DNA of 64,000 nucleotides, from contig NW_003314272.1 in assembly GCF_000143415.4 (NCBI RefSeq), positions 117,144 to 181,143 on the forward strand, given 5' to 3'. This DNA comes from Selaginella moellendorffii. Its lineage: Eukaryota > Plantae > Lycopodiophyta. The notes below the pieces were generated by a model that was not told the DNA's origin, did no database searches, and saw only the letters and a program-made list of their open reading frames with translations. Below, piece after piece: positions 25,990 to 38,000 of the stretch (position 1 is its first letter; the number at the start of each line of letters is the position of its first letter). The translations under genes and the position numbers were made by a program.

Positions 25990-26505
25990 TCATAGAGAAA
26001 ATTGCGCTGGATAAACCCGCGCACACATAGGCTTAAAGCAGCAAGAATCTGTTGGAAACTATATTGTGACGTGTGAACGTCATTAGAGACTAGAAACATA
26101 CGAGAATTAGGACATTAAAATACAACTACTGCTGTATTCAGCATTTTCAAATACTACCAACGACTAGGAAACACAAACACTCATAGTGAGAGCTCGCATT
26201 CCAGTACGACCAAGATATTGTAAGAGACCAAAACAATTGTTCAAGAATTTAGATAAGATTGCACTCCTAAAGAGAGTTGCAATCGTTTGCATACCTGCTC
26301 GATCCCAAACTTGGAGAGCAGCACCAAATATCACTAGCAAACAGCTATATCGATCAATTTATGACACAACCGACCTCCTTCCACAAACAAAATCGTACTT
26401 ACATACACCACCAGATTTTTCAAATACAAGACCTTTTCTGAGCTAGATACAGGAAAGTGACCTCGAAAAGAAACTCGGGAAGAATCAAGAAAGAAAAACT
26501 CGATT

Positions 26506-26680
26506 GAAGACTCAAGACACAAGAGCTTGACTTCGTATTTATACAACAAAATCACACTTGCAGAAGACTCAAGACACAAGAGCTTGACTTCGTATTTATA
26601 CAACAAAACCAAACTTGCAACAGACTCAAGACGTAAAAGCTTGACTTTGCAATCTATGAAGAACAACATTTGACTCAAGA
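26506..26680 (+). repeat. 57-bp tandem repeat (about 3 units) in the gag leader
   Basis: GAAGACTCAAGACACAAGAGCTTGACTTCGTATTTATACAACAAAA... at 26506, 26563 and 26620. Confidence 0.88.
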
Positions 26681-26749
26681 CAATTTAGGCAACACATAAA
26701 TTCAGGAAACTTACCTCAACATTCACGTTGAGAAGACTCAGCAAATTGA

Positions 26750-29122
26750 ATGTACAAACACAAACCAGACCCAATCAAAATCCGGGAAAGAGATCTTCGA
26801 CAAAAGAATCGAGAAGTGAAAAAGGAAGGGATAGAAAAAGAGAAATTAGAACAACAACAGCAACAAATTTTAGAAACGATATTAGAGAAGTACGACAAGG
26901 AGGATAAAGAGATTCAAGTTGCCGAGTCGAGCAACCCAGTTAAAGATAACAAAGAACTAAATATCGAAGACGCCCTAGAGTTTGAGGCATTTGAAGAAGC
27001 AGAATACATAGCACCAAAGTTTTACTTAAATCCAGACTCACCAGAACAACAATTTCACCAACAAAGTCTACAACTTCAAATGGCAATCATCAACCTAGCG
27101 ACAGCCATAGGGAACATGATTTCCTATCCCATTTTTACTGGTGGAAAAACCGAAGATGCAAACCAGCATCTTAAACAATTTGATCAAATTGTAAAGATGA
27201 ACAAACAGGAAGTGCATCGAGAAATACTTTTCCCATACACACTTAAAGGAAAAGCACTCGATTGGCATAATACACTCGATGATGCTTTGACCCATGATGA
27301 AAAGGTCACACAATTCAAGGAGCAATTCCAGACCGGTGGAACTCCAGAAGAACACTATGAGATCATCAAAAACTTCAAGCAAAAATCACGTGAAGGAATT
27401 CAAGATTACACTCGACGATTTAAGTTTCATGCAAAGCGTTGCAAGGATTTGATAACAGATAAAGGAAAGAGCTTATCCTATATCCAAGGACTCAAAGAAA
27501 TCTATAGAAACATGGTAGCAATTGCTGCTGCAACAGAGAATCCAGATGATGAAAGTGTTGATACACTCTCCAAAGAAATCCTCACATTGGAAAAGAGATT
27601 CAAGCAATTCACAAAAGCTATACCTTCACAAACCGATGACGGTTCAGATGATGAAGAAGAGGAAGAAATACGCATTAAGACAAAGAAGAAAACACCAAAA
27701 GACCAAGACTTGAAGGATATAATCAGGAAAATCTCGCAAACCGAACTCAAAGCAGGAGTGTGGTGTACAAAATGTAAAAACGAGGGACATACATATTCGG
27801 AATGCAAGTTACAGTTTCCAAAGTGTCAAATTTGTGAAAGAGAAGGCCATACAGCCAAGAATTGCCGATTTAGGAATACAATGGAAGTTTCAAGAATCAA
27901 GAATACTTCTCGTCGAGAGCCTAATCTTCGATATCAAGGAAACTGGAATCAAAATGCACGACCACCACGCAATGAACCTCCAAGATATAACAATTATTAT
28001 CAACGTGATGATAATTTGTACAATCAAAGAGGAAACTTTTACCGTCAGAACAATCGCAACTACAATAGAATACCCCCTCAAGATCAAAGACCAAACAACT
28101 ATTCTGGAAACTATGGAAGAAACTACAATGCATATCAGCAACGTGATGACAACTACCAATGTCCTCCCCCACGAAATTACAATTATGATCAAGAACCATA
28201 TCGCAACTATAATCAAAGACCACCTCAAGCTCAAGGTTACAATTACAACCAGCGACCTGCACCACAACAAGATAATCGACCTCGGCAACCTTACCAAAAT
28301 GCAAATCGTGAAAATAACCAAGTCGTAAACAATCAAGCTCCAAGAGCAAGACCACCTGCAGCACGGAATGTTGAGGTCGAAGTCGAAGACTCACAAACTT
28401 ATGAAGAACCAGCAATACGAGCAATCACGAGACAACAATACAAGTATCAACAACCAGATAATTTGGAAGAACAAGATCACGATGATGAACTGGAAATTAT
28501 CCCAGAAACCGAATGGAAGAAAAGCAAGAAAATACTTAAAGCAATTCAAGCTGAATTGCAAGCACAAGATCCAGAAACAATCAAAGAACACAACAAACAA
28601 TCAAACAATCAAGAAACAAGAAGTTTTACCCAAGAGGAGTTGGCACCTGTTCAGCAGAAAGAAAAGTTTCATGTGGAAGAGCAAGCTGAAGCAAGGTTGA
28701 AGCAAAACCTAGTGGAAGATGAACAGCCTGATCAGATTGAGCAACCAGCAGAAGAAGACGAAGACCTGCAGTGGCTAAAGGTGTTTCAGACGCAGGAACT
28801 TGAGGTGGTGCTTCCGAAGTTTTGTGAGCAGACGGAGCAGAAGAAAAATTCAATGCCAGAGTTTGACGTGGAACAGGCAGCAGCTGGTCAAGCTGGCTTG
28901 GAGCAGAAAGCTGTTGTGAAGAAGAAAGAAGAAGATGTTAGACAACAAAGAGGTGTAGAAGTTCAGAACCTTGTGGAGCAGCCATCAAGAGGAGCCATAT
29001 ACCCAGGCCAAAGTTTGCACTTGAACGTGGCTGGTTTGAAGTTGGTGAAGAGACGAGGAAGTGTGTTTCTCAGGTTCTGGTGGGACAGAGGCAAGCTGGT
29101 TTCATCCTTTGTAGCTCTGTAG
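26750..29122 (+). CDS. gag: Retrotransposon Gag, 790 aa
   Basis: Capsid-like YPIFTGGKTEDANQHL...FPYTLKGKALDW...KQKSREGIQDYTRRF; two CX2CX4HX4C knuckles; N/Q/Y/R-rich region. Confidence 0.88.
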   Translation: MYKHKPDPIKIRERDLRQKNREVKKEGIEKEKLEQQQQQILETILEKYDKEDKEIQVAESSNPVKDNKELNIEDALEFEAFEEAEYIAPKFYLNPDSPEQQFHQQSLQLQMAIINLATAIGNMISYPIFTGGKTEDANQHLKQFDQIVKMNKQEVHREILFPYTLKGKALDWHNTLDDALTHDEKVTQFKEQFQTGGTPEEHYEIIKNFKQKSREGIQDYTRRFKFHAKRCKDLITDKGKSLSYIQGLKEIYRNMVAIAAATENPDDESVDTLSKEILTLEKRFKQFTKAIPSQTDDGSDDEEEEEIRIKTKKKTPKDQDLKDIIRKISQTELKAGVWCTKCKNEGHTYSECKLQFPKCQICEREGHTAKNCRFRNTMEVSRIKNTSRREPNLRYQGNWNQNARPPRNEPPRYNNYYQRDDNLYNQRGNFYRQNNRNYNRIPPQDQRPNNYSGNYGRNYNAYQQRDDNYQCPPPRNYNYDQEPYRNYNQRPPQAQGYNYNQRPAPQQDNRPRQPYQNANRENNQVVNNQAPRARPPAARNVEVEVEDSQTYEEPAIRAITRQQYKYQQPDNLEEQDHDDELEIIPETEWKKSKKILKAIQAELQAQDPETIKEHNKQSNNQETRSFTQEELAPVQQKEKFHVEEQAEARLKQNLVEDEQPDQIEQPAEEDEDLQWLKVFQTQELEVVLPKFCEQTEQKKNSMPEFDVEQAAAGQAGLEQKAVVKKKEEDVRQQRGVEVQNLVEQPSRGAIYPGQSLHLNVAGLKLVKRRGSVFLRFWWDRGKLVSSFVAL

Positions 29123-29539
29123 GAGTAGAGGAAGTAAGTAGTAAAGGAGCAAAACTGAAAGCCGTCCAGGAGAAGTCGTGGCTATTTCAAGTCGGATGTT
29201 TAAAGTTTCGAGAAGAGGCGTTTGTGCAACTGATCTCGGGAAGAAGCTGGTCAAATTCAGATCACAAGACTTTGAGGAAGCAGCTCAGACTTATGAAGAG
29301 GAGGAAGAGGAGGAGGAGCCACATGAGGGAGCAGCTACCCACGATGCAGCAATGGAGCAGTGACTGCGGGACGTAGCACAAGGCAGTCGTGGGAGAGTGG
29401 AGAAGGGAGAAAAAGACAAGCTCGAGGATTCAAGCTTAGGAAAGTAAACTTAAGAGGTTCAAGGTTAGGACTGTATTCCTAACCTTGACGTGAATAGTAG
29501 CAACTATAAAAGTAGGACTTAGAATGTTTTTAGACAGAT

Positions 29540-29816
29540 CCCTAATACAAAATACATTGTAATACATCGTCATTCTGCCTATCTCTTTGGCTTTTCACAG
29601 CAATGTCTTACTTACCCACCACCTTTAAGGGATCAAAGGCGTGGGACTAGCACCTTCAAGCACATGTTCACAGCCTCTACTTGGCTTGGCTTAAGCAGGT
29701 AAGTGCATTCATTTTGTAGTGTAGTTTTAGATTTAGGGACTAGATTAGATTTGAATCTCCTAGGAAGATCTCGTGTGGACGTTTTCCTCCCAGTCCAGAG
29801 AGTCCAGGAGTTTTCA
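29540..29816 (+). repeat. Right LTR (R-U5 part); U3 with TATA box extends upstream, 5' boundary unresolved
   Basis: Direct repeat of 24158-24434; TATAAAA at 29505-29511. Confidence 0.88.
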
Positions 29817-32384
29817 GTCACATTTGCTTTCTTTAGCATACAGTTTGTGTTCCCTTAGTTTCTCAAACACCTTCGTCAAGTGTTCGGCATGCTCCTTTGG
29901 TGTCTTGCTAAAAATCAGGATGTCGTTGATATAGACGACCACGAAGTGATCCAGATAGGGTACAAAGATGTGGTTCATCAATGCCAAAAACGTTGCCGAC
30001 GCATTGCATAGCCCAAAGGGCATCACCAGAAACTCAAAGCTCCCATACCTGGTTTGACAAATTGTCTTCTTGACATCTTCCTCTGCTACCCTGATCTGGT
30101 AGTATCCTGACCTCAGGTTAATCCTCGAGAAGTATTTTGCCTTTCCCAACCTATTGAATAAGTTCTCAATCCTTGGCAAAGGGTACTTGTTCTTCTTTGT
30201 ATATTTGTTGAGTAACCGGTAGTCCATGCACATGCGCATAGATCCATCTTTCTTTTTCACAAATAACACCGGCACCCCATACGGAAACTTGCTCAACCTA
30301 ACATACTCTTTGTCCACCAGCTCCTCTAGTTAGCGCTTGAGCTCCTCGAGTTCCTTTTCGTTCAAACGATACGGGGGACGAACCACCGCCTCAGCACCCT
30401 CGACCAGCTCAATCTTATGTTCTATTAGTCATGTGGGGGGCAACCTCGCCGGTAGCTCCTCTGGCATGGTATCCTGGAATTGCTCCAACACCCGTTGGAT
30501 CACTAAAGGTACTTCTTCCATTCCCGTCTTTTTGTCACTCCTCACCGAGAGTAAGCACAAAAATGCTACCTTGGTTCCGTGGGTTTGTCTCTTTTTGCTT
30601 GACTCTCCCACGTACTTGCTCGCTGGCCATAGAATTTGCCTTTCCGGAACTCAAGGACTCATTCTTAGAGAAACTCTTCTTGAATTTCCCTCTGTTATAC
30701 ATTCCCCTTGGTTTGGCCCCTTTGCTAAACGTGGACCCCGACCCCATCGTGTTCCCCTTTCACAAGTTATCGTTGAAATGCACTTTGATGGCCGCATCCA
30801 ATGCTTCCTTGTAGTTGGTTGGGTTCCAACGTATCACCTCACCGCGAGCTTAAGTTTGCAAACTTGATATGAAGGCATGGAATGCATCCATATCCCCCAT
30901 GTCCGTGACAAGTATCCTCTTTGCCATAAACCCATTCACATACTCCTGAATGGTTTTGGTCTGCTTTAGCCTACTTAGCTCGTCTCTTAGATGCAGAGTA
31001 GCATTTAGAGGAACGTAAGTCGTGCGGATCCTCACCTTCATCATTTTCCATGTGGCCACCGGTCCTTCGTTGGCCTCTGTCGTTTTCCACCAAGACTTGG
31101 CATTATTAGCCAAGTATGGTTTTGCACATGGGACCTTCTCTGAGCTTGGTAACCACAACGCTCAGAAGTAGTCCTCCATATCGTAAAACCAATCCTCCAC
31201 CACCTTATAGTCGTTCACTCCCTTGAAGACCGGTGGGGGCTTTGGTTTGTACTTGGGAACTACTTGAGGGACTGATTCCACTTCTATCTGTTTGACCTTG
31301 TTTGGTTTTGCCTCAGTCCCTGCCGAAGGGTCCGCACCTTCTACGCTGCCAGCATCCATAGTCTTTTGCCTTTTCTTCTACTTCTCATCACGCTTTAGCT
31401 TGCATATGAGAATCTCCAGCAGGGCATTGGTCTGTGCCAATTGTCCTTCTAGCACATCCAATCGAGCCTTGGATGACCAAACCTCACCATTGGACTCTTG
31501 TTTGGAAGTTTCCTCACTAGAGTCCTCCTCATGCAAGGATTCCTCATCCATAGCCTCTTGTTCAACCGGAGGTTCTGTCTCTGCCTTGATTCATTTCTGC
31601 CCTGCCTTTGCCATCTCCTAGCAATCCGCCTCTATCCTTCACTAGAACTGAGGAAAAGACTCCGATACCAAATTGTAAGCCACAAATTTTTCATTTCTAA
31701 TTTGCCAACTTACTTCGTCTATCCGACTAACACTACCTTGGCTTTTGCTAAGTTCCCTCGCCAAGGTTCTCACCTATTGTACCAGATCCTCCTTGGTTTC
31801 AACTACTCACTACACGAGCAACGGAGTGTTAGCCATCCATCTACGGATTCCCAAATCTCTCCCAATCCCCCTCCCTAGGTTAGACTGGACTTAAGGTTCA
31901 GCTACACTCCCCACAAGCACAAGCAGCCAAACACACCAAGCCTCTAGGTTCTTAATATCCCTTGGTACAACAAGGTTTGATTATGGGACCCTCTAAATCC
32001 CAAGCCTTGGGTGCAACACTTGCTTTGGGACATCGGGGAGAAACACCATGGCCTAACGGCCTGGTATGGGTACCTTTACACCCCCACTTCTATCCCAAAG
32101 GGAAGGTCCAAGCCCCTAGGAAGGGCGAGGACCAATGAGCCACAAGGTACTCAAGTGGGGCACCACTCCACATGAGCCAAAAGCACCGCAGTTGGTTTCC
32201 ATTTCGGGAGTGGGAGCTGCTCTTGAGCACTTCCTTGGGTAGCCCCTCCAGCACCACCCGAGTCCATGCTCACTCCCACCCAAGGCCCCTCGGCCCCAGT
32301 CTCAACCTCAAGTCAATTTGGAAGCACCACTGGAGAGTTCCTTCAAGACTGGTTCCTAGACCTCACTATCCTTACTATATTTTT

Positions 32385-32484
32385 NNNNNNNNNNNNNNNN
32401 NNNNNNNNNNNNNNNNNNNNNNNNNNNNNNNNNNNNNNNNNNNNNNNNNNNNNNNNNNNNNNNNNNNNNNNNNNNNNNNNNNNN
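32385..32484. other. Assembly gap (100 N)
   Basis: N run. Confidence 0.99.
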
Positions 32485-33272
32485 CTGGGAGGGGGGGGGC
32501 CCATTGGCCCCCAAGGTCCTCAGGGGGGCCCCCCCTCCCCGGGACCCAAAAGCCCGGCATTGGGTTTCCTTTTGGGGAGGGGGAGCTGTTCTGGACCCTT
32601 TCCTGGGGTAGCCCCTCCAGCCCCCCCGGAGTCCTTGTTCATTCCCCCCAAAGGCCCTTGGGCCCCATTTTAACCCTAAAGTAATTTGGGAACCCCCCCG
32701 GGAGGGTTCTTTAAAGACGGGTTCCTAGCCCCCACTACCCTTATTATTTTTTGGAAACCCCTTAAAGTTTCCCCCCCCCCCCCCCCGCCCCCCCCGGGAG
32801 ACGCACGCTTTGGGCTTTCACCCCTTGACCCATATTAGTACTCAGACTCGGTCTCTAACTTGATCTCGGACTCGACCTCGGACTCAGTCTCGGACCTGAT
32901 TTGGATCTCGGACTTTGTCTTGAACTCGGTCTCTGATTCAGCCTTGGACTCAATCCCGGACTCTATTTCAAACTCGGTCTTAGAGTCGGTCTTGGACTCG
33001 ATCTTCGAATCGGTCTCATTCGATGAACTCTTTGTCATTTTGGTTATGCTTTCAAGGATCTTTTAGCCTATGACATCTCGGGGAGTTGGTTCCTTACACA
33101 ATCGTGAAGGTAAACCCAGCTCCATTGGTAATATTGGATCATGACTATATAGAAGTTTATATGGTGAAGCACTAATAGAACTTTGCACCCTTGTGATATA
33201 TGTATACCGAAGAGATGGCAAATAACCATCCCAATCTGAATGTTGAAAGTTCACATATTTTGCGATCATTCT

Positions 33273-35083
33273 TGTGAGACACAAAATCCCTAGACCCAAA
33301 GTGGAGCTGGAAAGGGTGCCACGTGGTAGTGGCCGAAGTGAAAGCCAAACGAGCGTAACACGTTTGGACTAAAAGCTCCGACTTGAAAGGTCGAGAGCGG
33401 GAGTGGAACTCTCAACAAAGTGCTCAAGGAGCGAGCACAAAGCGAGCAATAAGCAAGGCTCCAAAAAGGGACCCAAAAAGGACCAACACATGACACGTGG
33501 AAGTGTCCGAGATGGAGTCCGAGACGGACCCTAGTTGGAGTCCGAGATGGACCCGAAGTGGAGTCCGATATGGAGTCTAAAGTGGAGTCCGGGATGGAGT
33601 CCGATATGGAGCCCGAGATGGACCCGAAGTGGAGTCCGAGGTGGACAAAGACGGAGTCCGAGATGGACCTGAGATGGAGTCCGAGATGGAGTCCGAGGTG
33701 GACCGAGACGGAGTCCGAGATGGACCCGAGATGGAGTCTGAGATGGACCCAAGATGGAGTCCGAGGTGGAGTCCGAGGTGGACCGAGACGGAGTCCGAGA
33801 TGGACCCGAGATGGAGTCCGAGATGGACCGAGACGGAGTCCGAGATGGAGTCCGAGATGGAGTCCGAGATGGACCGAGATGGAGTCCGAGATGGAGTCCG
33901 AGATGGAGTCCGAGATGGAGTCCAAGAAGGACCCGAGATGGAGTCCGAGGTCGAGACCGAGACCGAGGCCAAGGCTGAGCCCGAGCCCGAGCCCGAGTCC
34001 GAGTCCGAGTCCGAGTCCGAGTCCGAGTCCGAGTCCGAGTCCGAGTCCGAGTCCGAGTCCGAGTCCGAGTTCGGGTTCGAGTCTGAGAGGGTGAAAGCCC
34101 AAAGTGTTCGTCTCCCAGACCCTGGGGGGTTTGGTGAGCTCCAAAAGTATAGTAAGGGGGAGGACTGCAGTGGAGCTAGTTTGGCCAGGAAAGGCCAGTT
34201 TGGCCCAGGAAGGCCAAACCCAGTGTTGGGTGATGAACTGACCACTGGGAAGTCCAAGACTAGAGTGAATACGGACCGACAAGCGGGGTAGCTTGGTGAA
34301 GTGTTCAAGAGCCGGCTCTAGTTCCCCCGAGAGATTGACTGGCCGATGCTCTCAGTCCAAGTGTGGGTGGCACTACCTACTTGGATACCAGGCGTGGCTC
34401 AACGGAACCTCACTCTAAGCCCATGGCTAGAGCACCTAAAGGCGAAAGGCGGGGAGAGTACCCAGGTGGCTCGCGTAAGGCCACGGTGTTCCGAAATGTT
34501 GTCCCAAAGGCCTAGACTATGGAAAGGAAGAGGAGCAGTCCTCTGGGGTAGTGACCAAGGACACAGTCGTGTGGTGAGGAAGTCCCAGAGGACCATGGGA
34601 CTTAGTGGTTGGGCCTGTGCGCCTCGATCCAGTGGCAGTGTTGGCAAACACGGCTAGGGGCAGAAAGGGACTTGGTAGGAACTGACAAAGGGACTTTGGG
34701 GAAGGAGATTCCCCAGGTCTATGGGCATCCTAAGGATGCTGAGGAGTGGATCTAGGATGACCACTCGTGGACAGATGGCCCAGTCTTGGAGAGACGGGAT
34801 GGTGATGCAAGTGGTATTGGACCACTAGTGCAGCAAAGGTGAATGGGCATAGCCTTAGCGTAACGGGCCGAGATGTCAGTGGTACCTTTGGGTGTCGGTC
34901 TTGGGACCGGACACATGGAGCACTTGGACCAGGTGCAAGTGTTGAGTGGCATGGATGCCATTCTTGGGGCTAGCAAGTCCCAAGTCCTGAATTGGACTGA
35001 TGGAGGTTGTGAATGAGACTCCTCCAAGTGGTTGGAGGTGTGGTTAAGTGACTAAAGTAGAATGGAAAATTTAGTCGCTTACA
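33273..35083 (+). mobile_element. Solo LTR (1811 bp) with 5-bp TSD ATTCT
   Basis: TGTGAGAC...GCTTACA termini; ATTCT on both sides; no PBS after it. Confidence 0.92.
33500..34085. repeat. GAGTCC/GAGATG/GACC minisatellite inside the LTR
   Basis: About 580 bp of hexamer-based repeats; related arrays at 32840-33020 (reverse), 39630-39855, 40840-41005 and 42590-43140. Confidence 0.93.
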
Positions 35084-38000
35084 ATTCTTTTGAATGTCCG
35101 AACAAGCCGTTCCACCAAACCGTTTGACTATGGATGATAAACACTCATGAAAGTGTGATGTATCCCCAACTGCAACATCAAAACAGGAAAATGCCTCAGC
35201 CATAAATGTGGGATCATTATCCAAAAGAATCTGCTTTGGACAAGAATGTTAGAACACCACTCAATTAAGGAGGAAGTATCTAACAGCAGTTGCGGAGGCG
35301 CTAACAAGAGTACTATCTTCCACTTAACGAGTCAAATAATCAGAAGCAATAATAACATATTCATTGCCAACAGTCGATCGTGGAAAAGGTCCCATAAGAT
35401 CAAATACCACCAACTCAAATGGATGGGAAAATGCAATTGACTCCAACTGTCCTTTCGCAGCACGAGGGGGAGTATTACGAGCTTGCACCAAACGTAACTA
35501 CGCACATATTAGATAACATCATGTCGCATCTCTACCCAATAAAAAAACCTGTGCAACTTCTTGGCCATACGACGATGCCCCATATGCCCACCTAAAATAG
35601 GAGAATCATGGTAGGGATGGAGAAATTGTGGAATAAAGATGGAAGACACCACCAGCCATAAAAGATCATCATGATCCATCCCCACAAAATAAAGAAAGCC
35701 GTCTTCAAAGTGATATTGAGAATGTAAATGCTGGAATGGCAAGTTATTAGCAAATGATGCAAGATTCTCAAACCCATCTAAAAGTCTTCGAATCCATAGC
35801 TCAATCTTTTGAGCTTTGCGAATCTTATCAAGAGAAGGTAAATGTTGCTCTACATCTTGTGGACACTGAATGTTAAGTACAGGCAACCACTGATGGCACA
35901 GAATCCTCGTCTAGCAAATCCATAGATGCTAAAACAATAGGTTCATCAGAAACATAAAAAGAGAGTGGAGAAGGAAGAGGAGCTTGAGAAAGGGCATCAG
36001 CATCAGTCATAAAACTCCCAGGGCGATGAACAATATCAAAATCATATATTTAAAGCTTCAAAGCTCACTAAGCAGTATGACCAACCATGTTTTTTCACTT
36101 CAATAATGAAGTAATGGCAGCATGATGAAGGAAAGGGAGATGTAGACAATGCAAAAAGCTAAATCTAAACCAAAATCCTAAAAGAAAAGAATAAAAGAAA
36201 GGAAATGGAAAAAGTTAGATCTAGACAATGCAAAAGCTAGATTTAAACCAAAATCCGAAATTAAAGCACTTTGCAAGGATAATCAAAAGTGCCCCTCATC
36301 TCCACCAATGTGAGTGTATTAAATATGGAAAATGAATACAAAAAATGTGCATATGAATTAGCCCAAAACCATAGTTTATATACAGAAGCGAGTGGTCCAA
36401 ATTAAAACCAATTTGATGGCTACCAAAATCTCACTATGCTAATATTAGTATATGGCATCGTAGCTGTACACTTGGACCTCACAATATATATATAAATATT
36501 AAAACCTATCATTATTATTATTTATTTATTTATTTAAAGTACTAAATCTTAAAGAGGGTTCTTTATAAAATAGTAAGCTCTAAACCTAGATTATATACAT
36601 TTTAGTGTTATGAATGCAAGCGGGATAATAGAATTTGCCATAAGGTAAAGAATATTCTAAAAAATATTCATTATTTTAAGCTTAAACCTAATATATCATT
36701 TATAATACTTATAATATAATGATATTAATTTTAATCCAAGATTTTATTCTATAAGAAAATCTATTTATGATATTTTTATGACATTACTAATAAAAAGTAT
36801 AGTTAAAAATAGAATTTATTTTAAATATATATTTATAAACTTATTTTTTTTTATCAATTTTATTAATAATTTCAAGTTAAATATATAATATAATAAATAA
36901 TAAATTGAAATATTTAACAAAGAATATAAAAATCTAATATAAAAACTAATGTACTAAGTTTTTTCCTAGTTTTATGACTAAGTTTTTCTATAGATTTTCT
37001 AGTGAATCAGAATTGTCTTCAGGACTCACTTTGCATGTCAACAAAATTATATAAGACACTTGGCCATACAATATTCCACATATCAAACATATGCTTAAAC
37101 TGAATTTGGTTGATAACTTAGACAAGTTGACAATCTATAATAGAAAGAGAGGTAGCATTGATTCTTTTTGTTTTTGATGTTTGGCATATATGGATCAAAG
37201 GCAATTCACTCAAACTCTTGTGGAGATGGATCACTAACGTTGAAGAACTCTAAGGCTATGAAGGTGCTAGAGAAAATTCATCATATGACCTTGTGTATCC
37301 AATGTATGAGCTATGTTTATAGGTGGGTTTTTGTCATGTTAGAAACATCATGGATGCTAAAGAAGTTTTGGTTTGAAGTAATTTGTATTACTCTATAAAT
37401 TCAAAATCTTCTCCCTCACTTAACAAGAAAAGATAAAACTTCAAAAGAAGCATGGATAGTAAAATGTTAGAGCTTCATTATATAAATATGGATGTTTTTT
37501 TTTGTGCATTTGCACTCTAGACACTCAAGCAAACTTTATTCTAGAAGCAAGCTTAAGGCTATGAACCACGAGTTAAAGGGTATAGCTTTTGGTGGGCCTA
37601 AATGCAAAACAAAAATATACATGCTTAATAGGGATCTCTCAAGTTGGTTGGCCATTCTTTACTATATATTTGGAACCCTCTATATAAAAGTATGCTATGA
37701 CCTTTTAGCTTAGTCCCAAGAGTTATAGTCTCTAAAACAATCTTGAAAACTTATTATATATGAAATGGTGTTAGATTGCCATTTTGTAAATAAAAATAAC
37801 ACTATTAGATTTAGAACAATCTCTACATTTCATAGGTATGCCCAATTAGCAAATATAGACACTTTCTATAAATAGTTAAAAGGACCGAACAAGACTAACA
37901 TATACAAAATGATAACGAGAATGATATGATAAACTATCATATAACGATATTAAGAGACTAAGAGTTATTGTAAAAGTAGTGCAACAACTAAAAGCAAAAC

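Larger units (their letters stand above)
24158..29816 (+). mobile_element. Non-autonomous Gag-only LTR retroelement nested in the host RT
   Basis: 277-bp terminal direct repeats ending TTTTCA; PBS after the left copy; intact gag; no PR/RT/RH/INT; host RT reads SKCD|GQQKVKFLGHVV across the junctions. Confidence 0.9.
21990..33062 (-). mobile_element. Decayed Ty3/Gypsy chromovirus-type LTR retrotransposon, interrupted by a nested element; 3' LTR missing
   Basis: LTR from TG at 31674 to about 33060; PBS TGGTATCGGAG (iMet type) at 31660-31670; gag 30850-31620; RT 29817-30400 and 23900-24157 (YHQIR-like, VMPFGL, YIND); RNase H; integrase HHCC and core; HPVFHINLLKPY followed by chromodomain start; many stops. 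Confidence 0.9.
33063..36125 (-). mobile_element. Older Gypsy pol remnant (RNase H end and integrase), split by a solo LTR
   Basis: YDFDIVHRPG...DADALS; HDSPILGGHMG..FYW; LDNDPTFMAE; RMIAKYVNFQHSDWDGYLP. Confidence 0.8.

Noticed and set aside
32485-32800. Apparent tandem duplication of about 32110-32384
   Set aside because: It flanks a 100-N gap and shows homopolymer-inflated errors typical of a low-quality read end; likely an assembly artefact.
33500-34085. CRISPR-like periodicity
   Set aside because: No unique spacers or cas genes; this is a eukaryotic minisatellite.
33290-34308. Long ORFs (GLGLGL, ESESES, WSPR repeats), also at 39463-39880, 40720-41277 and 42482-43259
   Set aside because: They are by-products of stop-free hexamer arrays within LTRs.
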